Shown here one piece after another: positions 14,489 through 26,207 of a stretch of DNA of 64,000 bases. Source of the stretch: Mytilus trossulus (Eukaryota); NCBI RefSeq assembly GCF_036588685.1, contig NC_086378.1, forward strand, positions 52,266,001-52,330,000, read 5' to 3'. Below the pieces are notes generated by a model. It had not been told where the DNA came from and made no database searches. It saw only the letters and a program-made list of their open reading frames with translations. Numbering within the stretch: the first letter of the stretch is position 1; each line of letters begins with the position of its first letter. Position numbers and translations under genes: made by a program.

Positions 14489-14988
14489 ATTTGATTTTCT
14501 GTAAGTATAGTTTAAATACTATTTGAGTAACTGATATCAGTAGTTCTGAATGCAAAGAACGGTGAAAATATAATTTGAAAAATGATCATGTCTATTAACT
14601 CGTCCATAAACTGATTGAACTTATTTTCAGAAAATGTACACTACCCTAAAAATAAATCCGCGATCGATTACATAATTTTACACACAAAATAATGATTAAA
14701 CTTGTTGTACATTTAATGTGGATGTATATACACAAAGATAGTCGGTTTGGTTTGTATCCTTTTTTTTTGTGTAAATTTTTAACAATAGTTTTACTTTCCG
14801 CACCCGGGTTCTTTTTTCTTTTAGTATTCATTCGATTTCTGCTGGTTTCGTCTTTTATCTTTATTTTTGTCTGTTTACTCTTGTTAATGAAAAAATGAGA
14901 TTTGAATATTAGTTAACTGTACGAATATGTGTTGGTTTAGTGTTTACACATGAGACATGAAATGAGATAATAACAATTAACTTCTTAC

Positions 14989-15056
14989 TTTTTTCTGACC
15001 TTCTTTATATTGTAGTTGTTTAAATTCCTTTATTTGAATTGAAAATAACGCTATTT
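14989..15056 (-). other. predicted non-coding exon 2 of EEP paralogue 2 (68 nt)
   Basis: Acceptor ttttttttcag| at 15057 and donor gtaaga at 14988. Weak similarity to 7391-7452. Confidence 0.5.
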
Positions 15057-15290
15057 CTGAAAAAAAATCTTTATTTTACAAACATAAATATATTTTTTAT
15101 TTTCTTGCAGTCCATTTTTTATGGATTTCTTTTTTGTGAACTCATGATTTAACTTTTACTTTCACAATCATCAAAACGATTTTTGAAAACTACTGTCATA
15201 AATGCACATATTTCATATATTAGTAAGTAAATACGACGTATTTAGCTCAGACAGTAAAGATACTGTTTGTGTAAAATTTAAAACACTAAC

Positions 15291-15384
15291 CTGTATAGTT
15301 CTGTCGTCGAATGCACAACTGCAATACTTAATAACATGCGCAGTTAATAAAAATGAATCTCTGAAAACTTTCAGATGAATTTAG
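15291..15384 (-). promoter_or_regulatory. predicted core promoter and non-coding exon 1 of EEP paralogue 2
   Basis: Donor cag|gttagt at 15290. The shared block (plus strand ctctgaaaactttcag) starts at 15359, but the TATA position is degenerate here. Confidence 0.45.
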
Positions 15385-16620
15385 TATTCGATCATGAGCC
15401 TGAAATAGATTTGGGATTTTCCACATGTATAAAAATAGCTTTTGATTTGATAAAATTCAAAACCTCAGAGTTCAAAACATCAATATACCAAATCATTTAC
15501 GATGTGATGATAATTTATAGATATGTGGATTTCTTATGAGAATTACAGTCAATTAGCGCTTGAACTGTTTCGAAAGATGAACATGCAATTAGTTTTCAAC
15601 TATTTTAAGCTTTGACCTTTCCTTATGAAAATAAATCTAGACAATCACTTTCAAAGCATGAGCTAATAACGTGGTGTTATCATTTTTTGTACGAACTGAT
15701 CGATATTATTATTGATACTTTGGTTGGGTTAACATGCAATAACGTTAAAATAAATAGTAAAGATTTGTCAAAAAATCCAAAATTTAATATTAAAAGAAAA
15801 ATGTTTTTTATCAAACGTGTTAAAAATAAAGCCAACAGTTGTAGACCACTGTTCGAAATTCATAACTCGATTGCGAAAAAGAAACATAAATCAAGTTACA
15901 AACTAAAACCTAGGGAAACACACCAAATACAGAACGTTTTAGTGTATTTACTTTTCACCATTTTTATTGTGAAGTGGAGTTAGATTTTGAAATTGAATGC
16001 ATACAATGTATCTTTATCAGTGTCCGTGTTGCATTTGTATAAACGTTTACACTTGTTTGGAAGTTAAACACATCAAAACTACCTTCCCTAGTTTTGAATG
16101 TAAATCGTGAAAATGTAAGCATACCATTTAGGTTATAGAGGACTTCATGTATTTAAACATACTGTCTTTGTTATAATTCGTTCCAATTTTTTGACATATA
16201 TGTATAATACGTGCATGCCTGACGGACTTTTCAATAAATAAATGAAAGTGAAAATAAAAGCTAAATCGAGAGTTAACTATGTTAACAAACAGAACATAAG
16301 TTGATATCATTTTGAATAGGATTTTTCCAACTGTAATTAAATTCAAAACAGCAAATATTTATATAAACATAATAGGAGGGATTGTGAATGGTTTTCATTT
16401 TATAAAAATATACTCTATCAACAAGCTTAATCTCTTTAATCTAGGTCTGAAGCTTGCATGTCTGAATCTGCCTATGTAGAAAATAATGGATTAAACCTGG
16501 TGTTAAAGCTAGCTAAACCTCTCACTTGTATGACAGTCGCATCAAATTCCTTTATATTGACAACAATGTGTGTACTAAACAAAAAGACAAAATTGTTAAA
16601 AATGTCATACATCAAACTAT

Positions 16621-17106
16621 TAGTTACATAGTGTGTTAGTGACCTAAAACCAAAAATACGGTGTCAGTAAATTCCATATGGGGTGAGAGTGTATTAAGTC
16701 ACTAGCACACTATGTAACGAATGTATCCTACCGACTATATTCATTTGTTGAATATTTAGAATAGAGCTGTCACATTTCCATTCAAACCATATCTTATTAT
16801 TATTATATAAAAGTGTTCAAGTGATCAATTTTAAGAACCTTCTTCCATTGGTCTGCACACAAAATAATAATGTCAGCAATAACAATTTAAGATCAGTAAC
16901 CGTTGTATACAAATATTGAACTGAATTTTCAATACATTTGAATAATAAAATATTGCACAAGTCGTAAGTCCACTACTAACTGTGTATTGAAATAAGCCCC
17001 CCCCCCCCTTTTTTTACCTACTAACCTAATATGGAATATACACGGTCTTCAAGCGGGCGCTTTTAACCAATCATATTCCTAGAAATATATAAGAGGTAAG
17101 ATAAAT
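16621..17106 (+). mobile_element. long-hairpin element 2 (Crypton-like)
   Basis: Hairpin 16623-16718; ATGTATCCTACC / GGTAAGATAAAT brackets; CCAATC at 17067. Confidence 0.5.
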
Positions 17107-18559
17107 GATAATACCGTCCACTATGCACCATACTCCCATTACAACATACACGTTTTCTTAAGGATTGTTTACCTTTTGAGGGTAAAATTACAAATCGAGT
17201 TCACACTGTCCAATTAAATTTCTTAGTCTTATATCGATTTGCTTTTCTACCACACGCGTTCATTATTATTATCATTAGTCTGTTCCTATTTATTCTCCAT
17301 TTCTGCAAAATTATTGATTTAGTTTAGAATCATGTTGCTGTGTCATATTTCGTCTTACGATTGAAGATCTGTGCAGAATTAAATAATCTGTAAGTTATTT
17401 CGGAAAAGTTGAAACTGAATTAAATCGAATCAATTTTAATGCACAGACATATGAATGCTAAATGTGGTAGAGTTTCCGGGGTGTTTATCTGTAACTTTTA
17501 AGTAGTTTATTTTTATTTATTCTGACCAGCATCTATCCATGCAAACTACTCATGCTTTCCAATTTATTCGATATAATTCAACTCCGAGATACATTTTTTA
17601 TATAAAAACACATTCGTGCAACCCAATCAGGAGTGGATTTTACATAGATAGATAAAATCGTATTATAAAAGAGCATTTTTGTTTTTTAATTTGAGGAATG
17701 CCGTTTTGTGATTCTTTGTTACATTTGTTTGTTTTTATAGTGATTTTAAAATGATAACAGAATGGTTACTGTTGCACCCCTATTTTTGACATTTTTACCT
17801 AATGTGTCTGTTTGTTTTGCTCCCGCATCGTCTCAATATAATGGAGTTGAATGCAACAGCCATTCAAGTCAGAGGTTTAGCTAGTTTTAAAACTAGATTA
17901 AATACATCTTTTTCTACATGGGAAAATGACTGTACCAAGTCCGAAATATGACAATGGTTATCCATTCGTTTGATGTGTTTGAGCTGTTGATTTTGTGATT
18001 TGATTTATAATGACTTTTCAATTTAAATTTTCCTTAGAATTCCGTATTTTTGAGATTGTACTTTTCTAGTGTAAATGAAATACCTTTTGAATTTACATGT
18101 TACATTTTTTTGAAGTAGATGATGCACAATAAAAGTAATCTGAGTTCTACAGTCTTTTTTAATTAAAAAAAGTATCATGTGTCTGAGCTTTTGATTTTGC
18201 CATTCGATTAGTGACTTTGCTTTTTGAATTTTTCTCGGTGTATTGCTTTATAGTTTTAGTTTCATTAATTATAATTATAGTCTATGTTTTAAAATCCACA
18301 GTTTTTTATTTAAGAATTTTGAAATGAAGAATAAGACGCGACAATTGGCACAAATGATAGTCGATTTCAAATTGAGATATTCGGAGTTATTTCTAGGTAA
18401 ATCCAGAAAAGCTCAAATTTAACCGTGTTATTTTCATTCATATAATTTTGTTAATCAAGTTTTTTAAAAAATTCCTGTTGTATTAAAATTTTATGTTCTA
18501 TCATAGACATGCTTATATATGGAATAAGTAAATTATATATATTTGATTAAGGAATCTGC

Positions 18560-19450
18560 ATTTTGTAAATTTCTTATATACTTGTATTTCAACGACAGAC
18601 AATTCCTTATGACACCTCTTAGAAAGGGTAATACCTGAAGTTCTCTGTAACAACACTGTGCCGACGACTTTTTAGAAAAGTTGCTGTTTCTTATCTTTTG
18701 TATAAAACAATAGAATGTGTAGATTTAACCTACTGAACTTTTATAAAGCGTATATTGATAATAATCACACTGCCTTTTCCGGGATCTTGATTTTACCTTT
18801 ATCTTCAACGGGAAGCTGAATTTCAAAATATGAGATAAAAGTGATGATTTTTTCATTATTATTAATTATTGATTTTTAAATGATGACGTTCCCTTGTAAG
18901 CGTCTTATAGTGTTTATGTATTTTAACTTGTTCGATTTGCTCATGTGCGTAACAACATATTCGATTTGTAGCCTCTGACAAATCTCTGTATTACTGAAAC
19001 ATTATTTCAACAAGATTTTTGATCACTCAAACTAGTCAAAACATTTACTAAATGTTATCATCGGTACAAGGACACCATTTGTAAACAAATAAAAACAAAT
19101 CAACAAGAACATATCTTTTACGTCTAGGTATTTCACAGCAATATTCTATACAAGGCATTTACCTTACAAAAAGTAACCAAGCCTTAAAACAGACTTATTT
19201 AAAAGGGATATAGTTGCTACTTGTATACTGTTGTAATGTCCATAAAGGTAACATATTTTGGTATAACTATTGATTCATCCATAGGGTCGTTTCAACGGAA
19301 ATAAACTCCTTTATTCTAGGACCAGTTATTGACATGATACAGGAGGGATTTTGCTTGATTTTTGCTTTAATTACGAAATAATCTTTCAGTCAGTTTAGTT
19401 GAAGTGTAGAACCGGCATGTCAGTAACTGCTTGTAATCATTTGTTTATTC
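18560..19450 (+). mobile_element. decayed Penelope-like RT fragment (family A)
   Basis: Homologous to 29330-29900 (cttgttcgatttgctc..., cactcaaactagtcaaaacatttactaaa), with many indels. Confidence 0.75.
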
Positions 19451-22400
19451 ATCTATCCTTAGTTTCCTTTGTACCCATAAATCATTTGTAAATTGTAGCT
19501 TTCAAATTTGTACATTAATTTCGATTTAAACAAAATCCAATTTAAACTCGAAAATGAAGTCTTATGTGACAATGCTCAGTCATGATTCTACTTCGTCAAA
19601 ATTATCTCCCCATTACGCCAGTTCCTTTTCACATTGCACTATTACAATCCTTATATGCCAGTAATTTTTTTAAACGACAAATGTATCAACTAGCAAATGA
19701 GCATCAGTTAATATCTTGTCTGCATTGATTCAACTAAAAACTATTGTCTGATCGGTTGTCAGGTGGAAATTAAAAAAAATCTAATTAAATATTTCTTGAA
19801 AGGGCAGACTAGATCTTTTTAGTGGTTGAAGACTATAAACCCTAGTTATCACACACACAAAATTATAATTTTTCAAAGACATGCAATTTCATCATCCAAC
19901 TTGGAAGACTGTCACCAAGTACTTATAGTAAAAAACATAGCTATTCGATCACACCTACTCTGATTTTTTGATTCATTAGGTATTTCATTTGACCAATATA
20001 TTTTATCTTTTAGCATTGTGATTTTTTATGTTATAAAGTCAACCTGTAGCTTTGATATATAAAAATGATAGAATCTGAAGCTACACGATGTATGAAATAT
20101 TCTTGCGTTGTACGATATCAAGACAAAATATTCAAAATATTCAACAACAAAAAACTCAGACACGCCCTAAGATAAAAAGGTGCACTCGATTTTCACTTTT
20201 CGATACATTTATTACCGTTTATGGGAATTTTTTCTTGAGTCACATAATGAAAGTACAGACACGAAAATTACTGAACTAATAGATTGATATCTTTTCCGTC
20301 CGTGGTAATTTTTAAACATTAATCGGAGGTTATGCCTTTTTACTACATCCAACTTGAAAGATATTTATGTCGTCGACTTGATATCTAATTGTTCTGCTTA
20401 GCTGTTTTAGATAGATTGAAAACTTATGCAAATGGTGTTTTAAAAAAATCCAATTCGTAATTAAGAAGAAAATTGTCATTTTATTTGTTTCTATTAACTT
20501 TTAAAACTTGTGTTTCTATAGTAAACATTACAGTAAGCATTTATCGCCTCTCTAACAAAGAGCTTCGAATCTTTTGTTCTATTTCAACCGGTTTTCCGAC
20601 TGTGCTGTTTTCTATGAAACAACCATTGACAAATTTCATCATGTTGTGCTTTTGCATGTTCCTGTTTTTAATTTTTATCACAAAACAAGTATTGTAACAT
20701 AAATGGAGTTGAACCTAGCTTGCACTAAGTTTTATTCTGTATGCATTTCTGTGCATGTGGTATTATCTTTGTCCTTAAGTTTCGTTGTTGATAGCTGTGT
20801 CATTGATAATCGTACCAAATCTTCGAATTTTTATATTGTGATGGACTTTTTCAACTGCATATACTTGTTTTTAAAATATTGATAAGGAATAATAATGAAA
20901 TATGTTTTATTTACAATGTAAGATGCTACAAAATGATAGTTACAATGTTGTAACACATATATTTAAAGCTTTTGCTCTTTTGATTAAAATTTGAAATTAC
21001 TAACAAAGATTAAATAAGCCACTTATAATTTAGAAATGAGTCAATTACTTCGTAACATATACAAGCTTTGTCTTTCTTTCCATAAGTTCAAAAAATACAT
21101 CAAATCCTTTTTTACATGTAATTTACTTAATGTAGTAGCAAATACAAGTAGTGGATATGTTTTTAAAAGAGATTCATTTTCGAAAATTCATTTCATCACC
21201 AAAACGAAACTATAAAATCGATTATATAACCTTTAGTCTGAACATTTCTCTCCAGACTGGACAGGTACATACTATTCATTTATTTTGAAGATGAAACAAT
21301 TATCGAATGTAGGACTTTGAACTTTTTTTATTGATTTGTATGTTGCATGCTGATTTTCTTCTCTTTTTTATTTCATACACTTATTTTGCATCAATGCTTA
21401 CAAACTAATACTATGATGCTTATATTATTGCTATGAGTTATACAAAGGATATAAATAAGTGTATGTAAATAGCAGTGACTCATAACAATGATACCATATT
21501 TTCCGGTCATTAAACTATTATTTATGAACTGACTTTTTCAACAAAATTGCCGATTGCATGCTTGCATTTAAATGACCATATGCAATTAAAAAAAAAGGAA
21601 TACGAATAAAAAGTTTGGCTTACCTCTACATTATGTGGTATTAATATAATTGATTTAAAGGGTTTATATAAGTACTTCAAAATAAATGTTTCACTTAGTT
21701 GACAGAGCGAATGATTTAATTGCGATAACATAAATAAATGATAGCTAACCGTCAAAATAATTTACAAAAAGGATAACACATAAAGCTGAAGATGTACATA
21801 CAAATGTTTAATAAATATGTCAAACATAAAATCTGTTTACAAGGATATGGCACTTTGAAATGCTTTTTTCTAAATATAATAAAGAAATTAACGATATAAA
21901 ATCAATAACAAAATGTGATTTTAAAACCATAAAACTGAATTTCACAGAGTAATATAATCATGTGCAATAATACAGTACAGGAGCACAAGTTATTAACTAT
22001 CAAATTGACAATCAAATACACAATTCACACAAAGGTAGATATTTTTTATTGGAATGTTAATTAATACTCAAACTTTGTGCTTTACATCCTGAACAATTTT
22101 GAGAATTGAAATGTGATTTAGTGATATTGAAAACAAAACCTAAATATTAACAAATAAATCACACTTTTATCTATTGTAAAGATTACAATTTTCGCGTGTT
22201 GTTTGTTTTCTTGAAAAATTATTCACACAATTTATTATGATTTTTAAGAAAAATCAAAATTAGGAACTCGAAAAAAGAAAATAGAACTTCGCAGACAATG
22301 CAAGTATGTTTTTCATATTCAATAGGTTTGATTCAATACAAATAAACAACTTTCACAAATATATATACGAAATAGAAAAAATGAAGGATCCTTATTCAAA

Positions 22401-22585
22401 AACAAAAGGGTGAAAAAAATAAATAAAACTTGTTTATTTTTTTTATTTTTTTTTTTTGCGGGATGCCCCTATTTGTCAATACATTATATTAAAAAAAAAC
22501 ATGAAAAAAACTCCCACCGTAGACATGATACCTAATTTTGATTGGTTACAAAACATAACCAAAAACCATATATATAGATTTGATT

Positions 22586-23476
22586 TTAACCACCGTTGTG
22601 TCTTGGCGGTCGTGCAGGAATACACATTTCTGTTCTCGTTGGTGCAGGACAGTATTGATGTTCAGCTGGTCTTGTTACAGTTAGATTTGTGCATCTGCCT
22701 GGCAGGATGGAAGTCGTCATCATTTCCGTATTACATAGCTGCATTTCCTTTGAGGCAACAAAGTATTCGGTTTCCTGGCTAACGCCTGAAATAGATCTAC
22801 ACTTGTGGAGTTTGAGTTGTCGAAGCCGTCGTCCCGGTCGATTAACATTATCCGTCATTTCATCCATGTATCCCATGTCCCTGAAAAAAGGTTTGACATC
22901 TTCAAATGCTTTTCGAACGAGTGTATTATGTTCATCTAGAAGCTTTTGAATAGTTTTAATGGGCAAATTAAAGTCGCCTCCTATCAGGATCTCTACTTCA
23001 GAAGTCCATCCAAGATATTGCGCCAGCCATAAGTAACGACGTGCAAACTGACAAAGTTCATCTGTTGTTGTTTGCGTGAGCTCCCAATGCCAGCTTATAC
23101 AGTGGAACTTCTTGACAACATGTTGAGTCGGTTTAGGAGCCAGGATATCAACTAAGGGATACATGAGTTTGCCCGTGTGTATGCCAGGAACTACCAAGGA
23201 TGGTATCAGATCGTACCAGTTTGGGGTTTTCAATTTCAACCTCTTCGTATCGTACAAAAGTACAGTCTCGTGATTATGAGCGACTTGTGCTTGACGATAA
23301 TCAGTTAGGACTGGTGAAGACATGTCTGGCTCGTCTCCAGGCAAAAATAATATATCTGGCTCATCGTGTCCTATAATTTCGTCCAGGTAAGACTTTCGAT
23401 AGTTTTGATACTGTTTTCCTTTCCTACCGGAAGCATTCATGCTAACTATCCTTAATCTATCTGTATCTCTTCCCAT
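22586..23476 (-). CDS. EEP/DNase I-like fold protein, paralogue 3 (296 aa)
   Basis: Intact ORF, closest to paralogue 2, with the same motifs. An acceptor (ccctttcag|, ending at 23482) lies 5 nt upstream of the ATG. Confidence 0.88.
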   Translation of the reverse strand: MGRDTDRLRIVSMNASGRKGKQYQNYRKSYLDEIIGHDEPDILFLPGDEPDMSSPVLTDYRQAQVAHNHETVLLYDTKRLKLKTPNWYDLIPSLVVPGIHTGKLMYPLVDILAPKPTQHVVKKFHCISWHWELTQTTTDELCQFARRYLWLAQYLGWTSEVEILIGGDFNLPIKTIQKLLDEHNTLVRKAFEDVKPFFRDMGYMDEMTDNVNRPGRRLRQLKLHKCRSISGVSQETEYFVASKEMQLCNTEMMTTSILPGRCTNLTVTRPAEHQYCPAPTRTEMCIPARPPRHNGG

Positions 23477-23845
23477 TTTGTCTGAAAGGGTAAAATGACG
23501 TTTTTGTAATGCTTTCTATGTTCATTCTTTATACACATGCAGCTACTTTTTAGATATTCACAGTGTATTGAAGTGTAAATCAACATTTGCTCTTAATTCC
23601 GCTAAACCGATTTCCAGAAAATGTAGTTAAAAACATAAACAGATCTATGCTATGCGGTTCAATAATTCCACGATTAAATATACATGTAGGTCAGTAATAT
23701 AGGCGGATATGCAATACATGTAAATGTAAAGTTGATATTCTAATGCATTTGGAATTTATTTATCTGTATTTATTCTTATTTCATCTGATCATATCTTGTT
23801 TAACATATATTCAGAAGCTAAATTCTAATGACATATTTTGCTTAC

Positions 23846-23908
23846 CTTCTTTTCTTCCAAGATATTTTTGTTGAAATTTGTTCGTTAAATTGATAACACA
23901 GTATTTAC
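23846..23908 (-). other. predicted non-coding exon 2 of EEP paralogue 3 (63 nt)
   Basis: Acceptor tgtcatttcag| at 23909 and donor aag|gtaag at 23845. Confidence 0.6.
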
Positions 23909-24049
23909 CTGAAATGACATTAAAAAAATTAGGTCAGTTTCTCATGTTCTAAAATATTTTAAAAACATTTGTCTTATACTATTATATTTTTTCATTTGTA
24001 GTTTGATTTTTATTATTTTGAAATTTCAGATACTTTTCCAAAAGTTAGA

Positions 24050-25670
24050 CTTCCATATAATTGTTAACTCATTTTTTTTTAATTATTTCATTGATTTGAT
24101 TATGATAAATAGTTTTTAAACAATTTAGGGTAATACATCTACTTACTTTTCGAACGCACTTGTGAAAATGCAAGGTGCAATAAATAAGGATTATTTATGT
24201 TTTCACTGAAAAGGGGTAAAGAAGAAATCCTTGAGTTGTTAATTGATAATTGATAAATTCAGTATTTTTCATTGATAATCTGAAATTCAAAACATCTTAG
24301 AAACTCTTTCTTATAAAAGCAAATAAACAAAAACAAACGGCTTATTTTATTTGTACATTGTCTCTCAAATATTTAAAACATATATATGTATTATAAAATC
24401 ATTAGTGCGCACTTAAAATAATCCAATTTCTAACATTTTCGGAAAATAAGAAAAGTATGTTACATACGTATTGATCTAAATATATATTGCATCACAGGTG
24501 TGGAAATATCCACCAAACAAAGTTTGTTATTACCTGTGATAGTATTGTTATGCATTTTTAATTAATGGCATTTAACTTTGGAAATTAATTGAAAAAAATG
24601 TCAAATTTATAATAATGACTTATGAAGTATGACAAATGACATACCCAGTGGCGGATTCAGGCGGGGCGTGGCGGTCGTGCCCCCCCCCCCTTAAAATTGA
24701 CAAAGCAAGGGTTGTCCTCAGCTTAATAAAGTATCTAAAGAGAATTTAGAAGAATATTTCAATAATTTTACCTCAAAAAACTTTTCGCCACGCTCCGCTC
24801 GCCGATCATGTAAGTTTGCGCCCCTAACCTAATATACTGGATCCGCCCCTGATACCTGATGGACATATTACAACTGAGAGGTATTCGGATTTCATTTACA
24901 TTTTTGTTATTTTTTTTTCATTTTTTAGTAACTTAATAGGGATTTCTGTTTTACCAAAATATACAGTACAAAATTGTTTATCATTTTATATCAAAAACAA
25001 AAAATCAAATGTTGTATTTAGTTTCGAATTTAAAACTTTTAGCATATAACCGCCAAGGCTCCGTGTTGAAGGTCGTACATTGACCTGTAATGGTTTACTT
25101 TTTCTTAAATTGTTATTTGGATGGAGAGTTGTCTGATTGGCACTCACACCACATCTTCCTATATCTATGATACAATGATTCCGCATAATTTTGATATAAT
25201 ATAACAAATATAATATTCATAAAATATGTTATTTTTTGGGAAAATCTAGCTTAATTACATGTTACGCTATATATGTTTAGATCAATCCGTATGTAACATA
25301 CGTTTCTTATTTTCAGAAAACGTACGAAATTGGACAATCACTTAACAATATAAATAGTGCACATAAATGATTTTGGATACATATACAATATATGTTTGAA
25401 ATATATCATAGACAATATATAAGTGATATAAGACGCATTTCAGAAATTTAAAAAAAATAGTCACTAAATCAATTACCAATTACAAAGAATTAACACTTTA
25501 TCACTGTTGTTTTAGAGTGAAAACATAAATATTCCTTCTTTATTGTTCCTAGCATATAAACAAGTTCGTGCGAAAAGAAAGTAATTATTTGAACTTAAAT
25601 CTTTAAAAACTGTGTATCATAAAATGGTTAATAGTTATAATTTTTAAAAATTTAATACTTCTACGGAAGC
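24050..25670. repeat. old long inverted repeat (arms ~24050-24490 and ~25265-25670) inside predicted intron 1 of EEP paralogue 3
   Basis: For example aataagaaaagtatgttacatacgtattgatctaaatatata vs tatatgtttagatcaatccgtatgtaacatacgtttcttatt, and atttatgttttcact vs agtgaaaacataaat. Confidence 0.75.
24646..24851. mobile_element. 206-bp GC-rich MITE, CAGTGGCGGATTCAG...CTGGATCCGCCCCTG, 5-bp TSD ATACC
   Basis: 15-bp imperfect TIRs; ATACC at 24641-24645 and 24852-24856. Confidence 0.8.
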
Positions 25671-26095
25671 AAACTCGGAGAAAGGTAGTCAGTATAGAAT
25701 ACCTGGGGGAAGAGGGGGAAGAGTAATTGTTTTTAAAAGTATAAAAATAAAAAGATGTGCTTTGATTGCCAAGGATAAAAAACTTCACAAGAGACTAAAC
25801 GACAAATTAATTAATTAATTATTTGTCACCGTATGGCCTTCAACAATTAGCAAATGTAACTATTTCTTTATTTTTCTATGGATTAACTGACGTTGGCATC
25901 AATATGTATTAAAGCAAACTTAACTGTTTTGAAAATCTGCCTCATTAACTAACTGTTTAAGCAGATTTCTTTTTTAAATTAACAAAAAAGTTGAAAAGTG
26001 GTTATATATTTTTTTTAACAAACGAAAAGATGACATATGTGTTACTCATGTTACTTAGATAATAATAGATACAATAAAGTTTGAAAATGTCTTAC

Positions 26096-26207
26096 CTTAT
26101 ACAACGTTTATTATGTATGATCCTTGAATGGTGAATTGAATTTGCGGAATAATATGCACAATGGCTGGTTTTAATGCAGATTTTCGGAAAATTTCAGCTA
26201 TATATAG
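26096..26207 (-). promoter_or_regulatory. predicted core promoter and non-coding exon 1 of EEP paralogue 3
   Basis: Donor aag|gtaaga at 26095. CTATATATAG TATA box at 26198-26207 next to the shared block (plus strand ttcggaaaatttcag). Confidence 0.55.

Noticed and set aside
4678-23476. EEP ORFs as LINE APE endonuclease remnants
   Set aside because: No downstream RT, clean conserved stop, conserved 5' intron structure and synonymous-biased divergence indicate host genes.
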